A program made the translations under genes and the position numbers. A stretch of DNA of 64,000 nt from Lama guanicoe (Eukaryota). Each line of letters begins with the position of its first letter. Positions within the stretch are counted from its first letter, which is position 1. The notes below the pieces were generated by a model. That model was not told where the DNA came from and did not search any database. It saw only the letters and a list, made by a program, of their open reading frames with translations. This document shows, piece by piece, positions 13,201 to 28,200 of the stretch. The DNA is taken from assembly GCA_013239625.1 (NCBI GenBank), contig MU053559.1, positions 248,001 to 312,000 of the forward strand. Reading direction: 5' to 3'.

Positions 13201-16200
13201 CCGTGGTGTGGCTCATGGGGCTCCCCTTGTTGCCTCAACACTAGGCTTTGCTGGTGCCGAAACCCCAGTTCCTTTCTCCCTTTGTAAAATGAAGATGATG
13301 CTTTCTGCCACCTGGGCTGTGGTAAGGACAATTAAATGAGGTCACCTTTTGCATCTGGTACCTGGCATGGGAAGGCATTCAGCTAATATGAATTCATATT
13401 TTTTCCTGGCCTACTTACCTGCCTACTCCTATCCAGGACTTTAGCTCTCCTGAACTCATTGTTGGGTCTCTGTCATCCTTGGGGTGGCAGAAGTGATTTC
13501 TTATCCAATTAACAAGCATTTCTGGAGGTTTTGGTGTTTTAATCCTTTACTCAGGTGGCATCTCCTTTCAGCCTTAGTGACTAGCCAGGTCTCTTCCTCT
13601 GTTTCACAGCATTCCTGTGTTCACCTCCTTCAAAGCCCTGCTCACACTTGTGTGTGATCATCACCTGTTTCCCTGTCCCTCTAGCAGTTTATGAACTTAT
13701 CGAGGTTGAGACCAAGTCTGATTCATTTTTTTGTCCTCATCACCAGCCCAGGGTCTGACTTGGTAGCTGCCAGGTAAATCTTTGTTGGATGAATAAGTAG
13801 GAGCTCCTCTTGTCTTCTTTGATCCGTTTTCTCCTCTCAACACCCCCCCACACACACACACATACTTGAGGTCAGGAGGTTGCTGTGTGCCCTGGTTTTT
13901 CGGAACTTCTGTCCAACCTGGGGCTGTGATCGTAGTTGCAGCTTCCCTCCTGGAGACCCCTGGCTAGGGCAGGCGCCTTAGTGCTGGGGGATGGCTGACC
14001 CTGTAGGACAGAGATAGGGGAACTGGCTTGAGTGTGCTAGTCCATAGCTTCTGGGGCAGGAGGGGCACCTGGACTGCTGGAATGTTACACACAAACAAGA
14101 GTCTTTGTGCTGCCTATGGAAGCCCATTAAGGGCTTCCAGGTGCCTTTGTCATCTCTGGAAAGCCAGCCACACCTTCCTGGAGTGCAATCCCTGACATTG
14201 GGGCTACTGGGTGTTCCCTTGTTACCCCTTCTTCATCCCTTCCTGTGTAGCCACTCACCTGGGACTTTATAAGGGCTTCTCAGTTGTACATCATCTGTCT
14301 CTGCTGGTCTCAGCCCTTCTGTTACTGGTGAGCCCTTCTGTCACTAGTGTGTGGTATGTTGTTTAGAAAACATTTTCAGATCCTGAAGCTCCTCTGAGTC
14401 TCTTGACAGCTCTGTCAAGCAGATCACATATCCCCAGTTTGATAGGAAACTGAAGCTTGGGGAGTTCAGGTAGCTTATCTGAAATCATAAAGCAAGTAAA
14501 TGATAGAACTGGGGTTCGAACCTAGAGCTTTTGACCTCTAAACCTTGTGTTTCCTACTTTGCCAGGAATTTCTCTCACTTGAGCTGGGTAAAAATGGCCT
14601 GCAGAGAGGTGATCCTCTCTGTCTGATCGGCATTAGCCCGGATACTATAAATTCCTGGGCTGGGTGGTGTCCTTGAGGAGGAGCCTTGAGATTTCTGGTC
14701 CCTAGGCCCGATGCAGGCTTGGATTGGCTTCTTCTGGTGGCCAGCAGAGGGCGCAAGGAAGCTGGGAAAGTCAGCTGCTTCTGGTTTATTTTGTTTTGAG
14801 ATGGAAAATATGTTTTAAGTGACACGTGTGCTTTTTTATTTAATAGACTTTATTTTTTAGAGCAGTTTTACGTTCACAGCAAAATTGAGCAGAAGGTGCA
14901 GGGAGTTCCCATATACCCCCTGCCCTCACATGCAGAGCCTCCCCCATTATCAATGTCTCCCACCAAAGTGGTACATTTGTTACAATCGATGGACCAACAT
15001 GGACACATCCATCACTCAAAGCCTACGGTTTACATTAGGGTTCACTCTTGGTGTTGTACACTCTGTGGGTTTGGATAAATGTGTAATGACATGTAAGCAC
15101 CATTATAGTGTCATATAGTGTAGTTTCACTGCTCTAGGTGTCCTCTGTGTTCTGCCTATTCATCTCTACATTGTTTCTTTTAATCTGAAAGTACACATTT
15201 GTACAGGTTCACTTAACCCAAACCTTCAGGGTCAGATGTGCTTTGGAATTTAGAAAAACTTTAGAATCTGGGAAAGACTCCTGGTGTGTATATTGTGTAT
15301 TATGTAACATCTCCGGTGGGGTCTGTAGCAACACCTCTTGATCAGACAGCTGAATGTTTCTGCATAGGAATGCATGCATATTCATCTCCATAGGTTCTTG
15401 TCAGCTCGGGTCAGGTTAGATAAAGACTTGGTTTTTAAAGCTTTTTGAATTTTGGGTAAGGTATTGTATATATATCTTATCAAGGAGGTGGTGAAGTAAA
15501 ATCACCTGTAATACCAACCCTTAAGGATAATACTTTGTTGTATAGCCTTCCCAACTTTGTGTGCATGTGTTAAATGTGTTCAATCACAAGTGAGATCATA
15601 CTTGGCATACGTCTTGCCTTACACAGTGTATCTTGGAATTCCCTAGCTATATGTGAGGCTTGAGATCTAGGCTCTTGCCAGTCACTCCCTCCTCAACATC
15701 TCCCCTAAAGTGGCTAGAGGTTCCCCAGGTGAAACTCCTTGAGATAGAGCCAGGTTCTCCCCCCAGGCATTTGCTGGGTCTGGGCCTCTGGCTGTCTTGG
15801 GGAAGGCCCAGCACTGGATTCCCAGCATGGTCAGCAGGGGTCAGAATGCAGATGGGGCCTCTGCCCTCAGGACAGCTGAGGCCCCTCTGGGAGCAAGTCT
15901 TCTGCTCACACAGCAACTGAGTTCCCTAAAAGAAAGGGTCGCCTCCTGCTCCATGTGCACGGAGTGGTCAGGCAGGGCTGAGGGCTTGACCTTGCCCAGT
16001 GTCCTCTCAGCTAATCAGCTGGGCCCCTTGGGAGCTCAAGGGCAGTGCCCTGGGGAAGGGGTACAGGCCTCTCCTGTTGCTGACCCCCCCCTCTTCCCTC
16101 CAGCAGGAGCACTGGTTTGAAAAGGCCCTGCGAGACAAGAAGGGCTTCATCATCAAGCAGATGAAGGAGGACGGCGCCTGTCTCTTCCGGGCTGTAGGTG

Positions 16201-19200
16201 AGTCTCTGCCTCAGCCTTCAAGGGCCTAAGGCTGCCCCTGAGCTGTGTCCCAGTTGTTAGGAGTAATTTCCATGACAGGGGTGGGGGCAGAGCTAGCTGG
16301 TTTTTTAGGGACTGCAGGCCCCAGTCTCGAGTTAGTATCTGGCTTCTAACCCTCGGTCCTGAAGCAGTGTGGTGCTGTGAGAATAATAACAACGGTAATG
16401 GTAGTGATGAAATAACATTACTTAGGGAAGGGCGCTCTGTCAGGCACTATAGGGAATCCTTTGATTCTCTCCCAAGTTAGGTAAGTATAGGACACTTGCT
16501 TCCAGTTGTCAGATGAGAAAAGTGGCTCAGAGAGGCTCGGAGTTGGGGAGTGACTTATCTAGGGTCAGAGAGTACTCAGTAAAGTCGGGAGTCGGATTCT
16601 GGATTAGGTTAGTCTGAGGCCCATGCTCCTAACCACAGCACGTTGCTGTTCAGTAGAGAGAATAGTGAACCCTCATGTACCCATCATTCATCTTCAAAAT
16701 AGTCATTAACATATTGCTAGCCTTATTTCATCACTACCCCACCCACTCTTTTTCACTCTCCTGAAACGAGTATTTTTAAAGCAGAATGCCAGCATTAGAT
16801 CATCTCATTCGTAAATATGTCTGTATGTTTCTCTGACAGATGAGGACTCTGTCTTTCCCCTTTAACATAACCAAAATGCCATTATCATGCCTAACAAGAT
16901 TAATAATTCCTTAATACCATCTACCATCCAGTCTGAACTAGATCTTTGAAGCATCTCTGGCTCTGAATCTGACACTCAGTAAGCAATTGTGAGGTCCTGT
17001 GCTGGTGTCCAGGGAAAGCTGGAAGTGTGATCTGATCCTCTGATATCTGGAGCTCTGATATCTCCCGAGGAAAAGTACCCTCCGACAGGAGCTTTGAGCT
17101 GGGAATCAGAAGTCCCTTCTAGTTCTGGCCCTGACTCATAACTTCCATTTTGCCGTCTGTGAAATGATGTTGATTCTGAAGGGCTCCTTGAATCCCTTCT
17201 GGATCTGTTATTCTCTCAGTGTGTGGGTATCCCTCATGTCTGCTGGTGGGCTAGACTGACTCAGGCTCCACTTCTGGCTGTACTACTGATTCTTGGTGTG
17301 CCCTTGAGCACACACGTCTTTTTTTTGTCTTGAACCTTGAACCTATTTCCTCGTCTATAACATGAGGCTAAAAGACACCATATTATAATGGTTAAATGAG
17401 ATTACTTTAGTAGATCTCTTTAGTGTCTGACATATAGTAGGCCCTCATGGGACAATAGCATTGATAAAGCCTGAATGCTGTTTTCAGTGGTGCCTCAGAG
17501 CCACAAGTGTTTGAGTGAGTGAAAGTTAAGTGGGGTGAGTGGTTGCCTCCCCATTCTACCAAGCAGAAGAGGTCCCGGCAGTGGACTCTGATGGGCTGGG
17601 AAAATTCCCAACCCTCCGATCCTTGTGGCTCAAGTCTATGTTCTCCCTGGGATGTTCCCTAGAGAAAGAGCTAGGTTTGGGGTTATTTTGGACCAAAGGA
17701 AGGCAAAGAAAGAAAAGGTGAGGGCCCATTAGGTACTAGGCCCTGTGCTGAGACCTTAGGCTGGATGTGGGGTAAGCAGGGCTACTGGAGGAGTGAGGGT
17801 CAAAGAGTGTAGCTGGGCGTGTGGGTCTTGGGTGGTCTTTGAGGCAGGTCTCAGGGCTAGTGAGGACCTGGCTGGGCAGTAACCCACGTTAAGAACAATA
17901 TTTGTGTGTGTTCATCTAGCTGTTTTCCTAAAACACACTCTGACCCTTCCCCCTCTTTGGGGCCTTCCAGTAAGGGGTCTGAGCTTACAGGAAGAGCTGA
18001 CCACGACAGGTTGAAGGCCTTTCCCTATCAGCACAATGGCTACACATTTTCCCTGACTGGGCTGCCCTTGGCTTTTCTCCGTAAAAACCTCAGAAGCCCC
18101 ATGGACTCTCCCCCAGAAGTACATGACTCTTGGGTCTCTAGGCCTCATCTGGAGGTTTCTCTGGGGCAGAGCACACAGGACATGTACCTGGGAAGGGAAC
18201 TTTGTCCTCAAGCTTTCTGCTGCTCCTCTGTTTCCAGCCTAACTTGGACAGGGACAGGCGGTAGTTGCCCTAGGCTCTTGGTAAGAAAGCCTCCGGGTTC
18301 TAACTTCCTGCCACACATTGAATAGTAGAAGGAGCACATAACTGAGGGTTAGAGTTGGAGTGGGGATTGCGCACACAGAGGACGCTCTGTTCCTTGACTT
18401 CGACTGTTTGCTAGGCATTCTGCTGGGTGCTTCACATTGACCTGGAAAATTGGGATTGTTATCCCATGAGACAGGGATGAAGATTGAGGCTCAGGAAAGG
18501 GAAATGACATGCTCAGGGTCATTAATGGCACAGCTGGCATGGGAATCCAGATGTCTCCAAAGGACACATTCTTTCTGTGACCCTAGGAACACCCTAACTT
18601 CTTAGTTTAGCTATCAACTGGCTGGATGACCTCAAGTGTATTCCTTGATCTCTCTGGGCCTTACTTCTTCCAGCTAGGAGGCTGTAGTCCTCTACTGTTA
18701 GAAACCCTGAGGCAGATGGGTTTCTACCCTCTATTTTGCCTCTGAGATCTGGGTGTCCCTAGTGTAAACCAGTATCCACTGCTTGTGCCCAATTCTCTCT
18801 TCTGCCACCCCCTATTGGAGATTTGTGAGCATCAGCAAAGACTTGGGTGGAGTGGAAGTGGGAGCCTGGGTCTCAGAGGTATCCTGTGGTCCACCCTGCC
18901 CCTGCTATGCTCAGATAACCTCCTCCTAGAAACATGAGTCTGCATCTCTCCTCCCTCCCTCTCCCCATATAGCTTTGACTCAGCAAAAACCCCTGGCCCT
19001 GGCCCTGGCCTTGGTCTTGGCTTCTGTGGGCAGAGTAGAGGCCACACGTGCCTGTGCCTGCATGGGCCATGGGGATGCAGCTGGGGCTGTGTGTGTTACA
19101 GTGATGGGGCTCAAACATTAGCCAGGCCCACTGCTCTGGGCCTTTTAGTCTTAGAACATGGGCTATCAGCATTGATCTCAGATCAATTCTGACTGTTTTA

Positions 19201-22200
19201 TAAATGGGAAACTGAGGCCTCAAGAGGTAGCCAAGGCCCTATTATCTAGGTCATACAGTCAGTATCAGAACATTGGTATTTAAGGTTGAACCAGCCCAGG
19301 AGAAGAATCCCATGGGCCACCATGTACACCAGCTTTCCTTGATCTCTCTCTGCCCTGCCTCCTTCAGTTTTCCCATCTTTGCAGTGGGGATTTTTTCCCC
19401 ACCCTGGCTGCCACCCTTGCAGTGGGAATTCTTGAGTAGAGGAGCAGGCATCTCTGAGACCAGACTATTGAGAGGGCCGAGTTCTGTTGTCTCCCCCACT
19501 GAGAGTGAGGCAGTTGGGGCCATAGGCCAGGTATGCACCACAGCTACTTGACAGGCGGGTGCGGCCTTTTTCTTGGTTCATCTCCTCAGTGGAGCCAGGA
19601 GAGAAGTGGGGAACAGACCCGGTCTTGTCTCCCCGTGCTGCTATGTATACACACATTTATGTGGTTTGTTTTCAGATTGCCTGCAGATACCAGACTTCCT
19701 TTTTTGTCCTCAGTGGAACTTGCTGTGGCTCTTCTAGCAGGCAGGCAGGCAGCAGCCTGGCAGGGAGGCAATTCCCAGGTGCCTCTAGAACAAATGGTAG
19801 GGCCTTGTACTTAAACTCCTTTAGATAGTCCAGGCTCTCCTGTCTTGCTCATCCACATAATTCCTCAGCAAATAGTGACTACATTTTAGGAAGCCTGAGG
19901 AGGAAGGATTACAGAGGTTTGAGAGACCTTCTCCCGGGCAGCAGGGGAGGGAGGTTTAGGCAAGTCTGTTAGAGCTAGTGGCTACTCCCCTCTCCTACCA
20001 ACCCCTGGCAAAGGCTAGGAAGGAGGTGAAGGGTTGTTCAGCCTCGCATCTTATCCAGCCTTTAGTCTTGCCTGGTTGGTGACAAGGGCATCTACTTGTT
20101 GAGTGTGATTATTCTCTGTAGTTGTGAGGGTTGTTGTGTGGCTGTTTGACTTCAGGGAACATCTTTAGCAGGATCTGCTGGCTCTGTGTGTGCACATGTG
20201 CATTTCTATGCTGGTGTCTCTGTATGTTCAGAGAAAGGACAGAAGTGGGGTGTGGGAGGGTAAAGTTCATGATGACCTCTGTGGCCCTAGTGAGGGGTAC
20301 AGCCCCTGATACCTGTAATCTCTGCCCACTCACAGGCCTTTCCTGGGTTACAACTGCTTCCTGCTTGTGCTGGTGGGGAAACTGAGGCAGGCAGAATCAG
20401 GCCTGGCCCAGGGAGTCAAGTGGCTAAGGTGACAGCTGGATTAGAGGTGGTGGTAATGTCACCTGGGGAATCAGTGCTTGAAGTTACCAGTTATTCCTTG
20501 AAAGCCTGGCCTCTGGGCTCTCCTTCACCCTCCCAAACGTGTGACTTTGGGCCAGCTGTGCCATATTTCTGTACTCAGTATCCCTTCTGGGTAAATTAGG
20601 GTTTTTGGGTGAGGATGGAATGTGAACCTTGAGCCTTGGTGGAACCAATTTTCATATTGTGCTGAGGCTTCCCGAGCCCTGTTTGGGTTGGGGACAGAGG
20701 TGAGGTAGTGGGGGACCCCCTTCCAGCTGGACTCTGGGAGGGAAGAGCAGGTGCACATTGCCCACAAGTGCAGTGTCAGCAAGAGGAGGAGGAGTTTCGG
20801 TTTCTATAAAAACAAGTGCTCTGAATTCCCCTACCTCTGCAGGTCCATTGGGCCCTTTTCCCCCACCTTAGCCCCCACTGGGAAGTCTACCTCAGCCCCT
20901 AGTCCCATGTTCAAACCTTTTGGGAGGAGAAGGGCTTTCTAGAGGACAGAGGTGGGGCTGGCAAAGTCAGACAAGCATCTCTTCAGTGAGGACTTCCTGT
21001 CTTCTTAGCCCTATACTGGGTGTTTTTCCTGCCTTATGTCACTGAAAAGATTCTTCTACTCTACCTCATTGGCAAAGTAGTTGCTCTGTTTCCTCAGTTC
21101 AGAGATGCACATTTTCTTCCACGTTGATGATCTCCAAATTAGGGTACATCTTATAGTCAGTGAAGTGAGCCCCCCCCCAAAAGCTATGATTAAATACACA
21201 TACTGTATCACCTATCAGTGCATCTTAGAATTGAGAGAAGGCGGTATTTTACATTTTATAGGTAAGTAGGAAAGGTCATACCTTGCCTGCACTTAAGGAC
21301 CCTATTTTGTGAGGCCTATGTTATTGATTTGATGTTATTTAGGTTGCTAAAGATTTGAATTACGGGCACAGAAGGTAGACCTGTGGACCTTTGGATTCAG
21401 TAAAGGTAGAGAGCCAGTCCTGCCTGCACGAGGAGGGGCAGCCTAGACTCCGAGTTTGGGGCTTTCCTCTAGCTGAGGAAGTGCAACAGAAATGAGGAAG
21501 GGCTTAATAAGTGGTTCCGGTGACATTCTAGCTGACTTATGGGTGGCTAGCTATCTGAAGGAGTCATCGTTCTCCTTGTGACAAACAGAGCCCTGTCTCT
21601 GGAACATTTAGTATACCTTCGGTGTTTGACAGACCATCCCCTGTAGTCTTGACAGCGCCCCATGAGAGAAAGAGGAGTTACTCTTCCCACTTTATGGATG
21701 AGGACATTATGGTCCAGAGAGGTTAAAGGCCTTGCCCAGTACCACACAGCTAGGAGGCAGCAGAGCCTTTCTGCCAGGCAAAGGGGTCAGTGTCAGGGAA
21801 ATGGGGGGAACCTCTGCCACCTCTTTTCCTTGTCCCATAGTCTCCCCTCTTTCCCCCAACTTCTTGCATCTGGCATCTAGTTCAGGTAAATCTATCTCCT
21901 ACGCCTGGAAATGCCTGTTGACCCTTCCCTGGGAACATCTCAGCCACCTCCCTGAGCTTGGTAGACTGACTTCTATTTAACCCCTTCGCCCCCATCTCAG
22001 TTCCTGTTTACTGCAGCTGCTGACAGCCCTGTCTCCTTGGCACCCCAAGTTTATTCTACAGAAATAGCTCCTCAAGCAGCTCAGGCAGCCACAGTGGGTT
22101 CTGTGGTCCTGGCTTCTAAGAAAGGCAGCAGCAGGGGGCCCCCAGGCTGTGCGCAGGGCATGTGACTTGCTGGAAGTACCGCTTGGGGGGGTGGGGGAGA

Positions 22201-25200
22201 GCGTGGCCACAGAACCCACATCCTTGTTTACATTGGTGAAGGGGCTACCCCTTCCCGCCTTCACAACCCCCACTCCCCCTCACCTTCAGTTCTGCACCTC
22301 CAAGAGGACTTGAGACAGACATAGGCCCCATTTTCTATCTCAGAGTGGCCTTTTACTCCTTATCTCACAAAACCCTCCAGGGAGGGACAGGAAGGGCAGC
22401 GAAGGTGTTCTTCTGGCGATTCTTCACAGAGGAGGTAGACTGGCTGTCGTGGAAGTACTCTGCAGTGTTCCCTGTGGGACCTGCCCCTGACCCAGTGCCC
22501 TAGGGAGATCCCATCAGAGCAACGGTCCTCTGGGGAGACAAAGGGAAATTCCCTCTTCATCTTAGCCAGAGGGCAGCAGGCGTGCCTCATCTTCAAACCC
22601 GCTTTAATTTCCCAGGGAAGTGGCTTCCTGGCTCCCCCAGCCTACCCATCCACTCAGCAAACTGTTCCAGTTTCCTGCACTGCATCAGGCTCTGAGCAAG
22701 GGGTGGACTTGGATGTAAACCACCCTCTGCCCTCAGTGGGGGGAGCCCAGTGTGATCGGGCAAATGACGTCTGCACACACCTTTGATAAAACTGGTGATA
22801 GAGGTGCCCTGAAGGGTAGGAAACTGTCTTAAGAACTCATTGGTGTTTGACAAGTAGGCAACCGAAGAGGATGGAAAGAACATCCTAAAAAGAAGGAACC
22901 ACATGTATGAAGACCTCAAGTGAGGCAGAGGGAGCCTAGTTCATATTGTGACCAAAACCCTGACACCTGAACCCGTTTGGGCCACAGGCTGCCCTTCCTG
23001 AAATAAGCTTAAGTTAGGTGCATATGTGTTTTCTCTCTCTTACAGACTACATGCTTCTTGCAGATAGGGACAGGATTTTACTCACCTCAGTGTACCCTAC
23101 ATTCAGGCCCCACAACAGGAAAAGGGGCTGTGAGTGACTGCTCTGTCCTAAGCCCAGTGCTAGTCACTTCACACCTGTCATCTCATTAATCCCACAAGAG
23201 AATTAAAGGAAGTTACCCAGCTTGATCCCATTTTACATGTGAGGCAAGTGAAGTTCGGAACACTTGGGTCGTTTACCTCTGGCCATTTAGTTTGCTAGTA
23301 CCTACCACAACCATTTTTTCCTTTCCATTTTTTAAACCTATAAAGGCCATGCTGATTCCTGAGAATCAGGAAAACTGAATTCTAGAGTTGAAGTTGTCAC
23401 AGACTAACTTTCTGTATGACCTTGGTCAAGCCACAAACTCCTGAGCCTCAGTTTCTTCATGTGAAGAGTGAAGGGTGGGGTGGTGTTTAAGGCCACTTGT
23501 GGAATTTGTAAATGTTTGTTGACAAACTCATCTACCCAAGAGGCCTGTGGTTTTGTCCCTTTCACCTGTACTCTTGTTCTTAAAGACTGTCGCTGTCTGC
23601 CTCTTTTTTCATGACCCTATTCCAGCCTACAAGGCCAAGAACTTTCCACACCTTGGGGTAGGAAAGGAAGTTTCCCTGGCCCCCAGCCCTCCAGCCCCAA
23701 GGATATTCTGTGACTCGGAACTCTTCTCTGGTGGCAGCTCTGACCCCAACCTCTCCTTCTGTCCCCGCAGCTGACCAGGTTTATGGAGACCAGGACATGC
23801 ATGAGGTTGTACGAAAGCACTGCATGGACTATCTGGTGAGACCTTGCAGAGGCCTTAGGGTGGGGGCAGAGTGGGAGGATCTCCTCTCCACATAGACCTT
23901 GACCCTCTGATCTTTTCTACAGATGAAGAATGCTGACTACTTCTCCAACTACGTCACAGAGGACTTCACCACCTACATCAACCGAAAGCGGAAAAACAAC
24001 TGCCATGGCAACCACATTGAGATGCAGGCCATGGCAGAGATGTACAACCGGCCCGTGGAGGTGTACCAATACAGCACAGGTACTTCTGTGGTGGGTAGGT
24101 GAGCGACTGATCATGCCTGGTCTGAGGCTGCCCCGCCTAGGCCACTGTGGGTGCTCCCTCCTCTTTCTCTTCAGAACCCATCAACACATTCCATGGGATC
24201 CATCAAAATGAGGATGAACCCATCCGTGTCAGCTACCATCGGAATATCCACTACAATTCAGTGGTGAATCCTAACAAGGCCACCATTGGCGTGGGACTGG
24301 GCCTGCCATCATTCAAACCAGGGGTAAGGAGATCCCTGTGCTCAGAATGGCTGCTGAATATAGAGGCCAGAAACCCCTGCTGGGGTCTGTTTTGCCCCTG
24401 GCCCACAGAAATGTCCTCTTCCCTTTTTCTGAGTTTGCCCCTAATGCCTCATCTCTGTAAAATTAGGGAATTACCCAAGGTGATCTCTCAGCGCTCATTC
24501 TGTGGTCTCAGTTTACCTGTCTGAGCTGGCTCACCCATCTTTTGTGCCTGTTGAGGGTTGCATTTTGGGATATGGAGCACATTTGGGAACTGTGAGCCAG
24601 GGCTTGGTCTGGGGGTCTTGGCACCCACATGAATCCTCCTCCGAACCTCAGCAGGTACAGACAGCTGTGGTCACAGATACTTGGAGTGCCGGCCTGGCCC
24701 CGCCACTTACTGGCTGTTGGACTTAGGGCAGATTGTGTAAGTAATCTGGCTGGCAGCTTAGCCGATACAGAAAGTGCCTAACACTGGACCTGGTGCCTAG
24801 TAGGTGCTCAGAAGGTGGCAGTACGTTTTCCCAGCACACACTGACAGATTCTCATTCTCTGTCTATTCATACACAGTTGCCTGCTGGGGGTTTTGATATC
24901 TCTTCTATTCAGGTTTCACTCCCTACAAACAGAAAGTGCTCCTGCTTCATTTTGGGAAACATACCCTAATACCAGCACACTGTCCAACATAGAGGGGTTT
25001 TTGTTTTGTAATTTAAATACATTTTTAATATCAGAATAGTTTTAGATTTATGCAATTACTGTGCTTAGAGAATTCCCATATACCCCACTATGATTAACAT
25101 ATTAGCATAGTATGTTTGTCACAGTTAATGAACGAATATTGATATATTAACTAAAGACCATACTTTATTCAAATTACCTCAGTTTTTCCCTAATGATTTT

Positions 25201-28200
25201 ATCTGTTCCATGATCTTATCCAGGATACCATATTAAATTTAGTTGTTGGGTTTCCTTTTGGCTGTGACAGTTTCTCCTGATTTCCTTGTTTTTGATCTGT
25301 TTACAGGCTGTAGTTTTACCTTTTCTAGAATGTCATATAATTGGAATCATACAATATGTAGTTTTTCCAGTGGCTTCTTTCATGTAACACTGTACATTTA
25401 AGATTCATCCATGACTTTTTGTGGTTTGATTGCTCGTAACTTTTATTTTTTCTTTTGTTAGAAATGTGAATGCCCTAGTGTTTTTTTTATTTAATTAAAA
25501 AATTGTTGACTTAAGAATAGTTATAGATTTACAGAAAAATTGAGACGATAGTACAGAGTTCCCATATACCCTCCTCCCCCTCGCACACTGTTTCACTATT
25601 ATTAAGGTATCAGATGACTGTGTACATTTCTTATAATGTACGAACCAATATCGATATATTATTATTAGGCTCCCTTTGTGATGGTTTCTCACTTTCATGT
25701 TTTTGGTGACCTTGACAGTTTTGAGGAGTACTAGTCAGGTATATTTGTAGGATGTTTCTCTTGGAATTTGTCTGATGTTTTTCTCATGATTAGACTGGGT
25801 TTATGGGTTTTAGGGAGAAAGATCATAGTGGTAAACTGCTGTTCTCATCACATCATATCGACAGTATATCCTATGAACATGATTTATGACTGCTGATGTT
25901 GACCTTGATCACCTGACAGAAGTAGTGTTTGTCAAGTTTTCTCCACTGTAAAATGACTCTTCCTCCATCCCCACCTCCTTTTCCATGCTGCGCTGTTTGG
26001 AAGGAAGTCATTATACACAGCCTACACTTAAGAAGTGGGGGTTATACTTCATCTCCTTGAAAGCAGAGTATCTACATAAATTCTTTGGGATTCTTCTGCA
26101 AGGGAAATTTGTCTCTTGTCCTCCATTTATTAATTTGTTCAATCACTTATGTATATCAGTATGGACTCAGGGTATTTATTTTATGCTTTACACTTTGGGT
26201 TATAATCCAATACTATTTTTATTTATTTTGATGCTCAAATTGTTCCAGTTTTGGCTATTGGAACCTCTTTTAGTTGGTCCCTGCGTCTCTTTGAAATACC
26301 CCCATCACTCTGGTGGTGATTTTTTGCAGTGGGGAGAGGTCTTGGGATTTTATTTTGTTTTGTTTTAGTTTTGAGTGCTTACTTTCTGGCACTACAAGGT
26401 GCTGTAGGCTCATCTTGTGTATTTCCTGCCTCAGTCCTAGAACCAGCCATTTCTCCAAGGAACCCTGATTCCTTTTATTGGAGAATTTTATTAGAAACCA
26501 AGATCTAGGTGATCTGGGTACTGAGTGTGCTCCTTGCTACTGGGGTATCCTTGCTTCTAGGCCCTTTCAGCTGACAGAGCAAGGAGGTATATGTGTGTAT
26601 ACTAATCTGTGTGTATACACATATCTAGAAATATTTCTATATGTAACCATCTGTCTCTATATGAAGCTGTAGTTCTTACCTGTATCCTCAACTGATAGGT
26701 ACCTTATTGTTTTAATTTGCAATTCCTAATAACAGACGGTGTTGAGCATCTTTTTGTGTGCTTACTTGTATATCTTCTTTCATGAAGTTGTATGTTTAGA
26801 TTTTTTTTGCACATTTTTTAATTGGCTTATTTTAACGTAGAGTTTTACATACTTGGGCTGTTGCCCATAGGTTAAAAAAATTACATTTTACATCATTACT
26901 TAGTGCACACACACACACATTGGTGTGTGGTGTGTATATGTACATTAAAATAAGTATCACTGAACAATACTTCAGTTTATTCCCTGGGATAGGCGCTGAT
27001 ATTTTTCATTATTTCATTTTAAAAAATCTGCTGTGTCTCACAGCCTGACAGAGCACACTCTGATACAATGTCCCACAAGTCATATCACCCCACACCATAC
27101 TGGCACTGTCCTCTTGTCCACTTAAATGCCCCAATACTTCCTCTACCCTGTGCACACACAGCTAACTTCTGAGGTGGTCTTTTCTCCTTGTCCCATTTGG
27201 GAATAGGTGAGGAAGGCCTCACCAATTGAGTTGTCACTGGGTGAGGCTTCTTTAAATTCTGGCCTCAGCTGGAATACACCTGGCTACCCCAGACTTAGTA
27301 CTTCAGTGAGATGTCTTGGGGTTGGGAGCCGGGCTTCTGAGTGTAGGAGTTTGAAATGACAAGTCCCACAACCCAAGGCTGCCTTCCCCCAGTCCCTGAT
27401 GGATAGGCAGCCTGCCCAGGGGGGTGCTTAGTAAGAGTACCTGCCTCCCTGTCTCCTCTCTTCTAGGCCTGTGGGCCCACCTCCTCTAGCCAGTTCTGGC
27501 TCTTGGCCAGACTTCAGAGTGTCACCCCACATCCCTGTTCCTCCCACACCCCCTTGTAGTTTGCAGAGCAGTCCTTGATGAAGAATGCCATAAAAACATC
27601 AGAGGAGTCATGGATTGAACAGCAGATGCTGGAAGACAAGAAGCGGGCCACAGACTGGGAGGCCACAAACGAGGCCATTGAGGAGCAGGTGGCTCGGGAA
27701 TCCTACCTGCAGTGGCTGAGGGATCAAGAGAAACAGGCCCGCCAAGTCCGTGGCCCCAGCCAGGTGGGTCCTGGGCTCTGTTACTAGACTGGCCAAGAAC
27801 CCATTACTTCCCATGTTCTGCACCAAAACAGGCAGAATAAAATTAAGCGGTTTTGACATCTGGTAGAGAAGGAACCTCCTAACCCTAGTCTGTACAGGAT
27901 CTTGGCCTTAGTCTTGGCATTGTGCCTTAGAACTTTTAACATCTGTGCAGAACAAGCTCTTTTTAAGGAGTGAGGGAGGGCAGCCATTGGTAGTGACCTG
28001 CAGGATTCATGGGTAGTTTCAGAGGGACAAGCTTTTGCTGGATGTTCTTGTGTGCCAGGCTCTGTGCTGAGGATGTAAAATCAGGTCCAGGCCGCTCCAC
28101 CCTCAGTGATCTCCTATCTGTTGAGGGAGACAGATGCATCAGTGGAATCCTTGACCCTGGCTGAGAGACCAGTGAAGGTGGGAGCTCTGGTCAGTCTTCA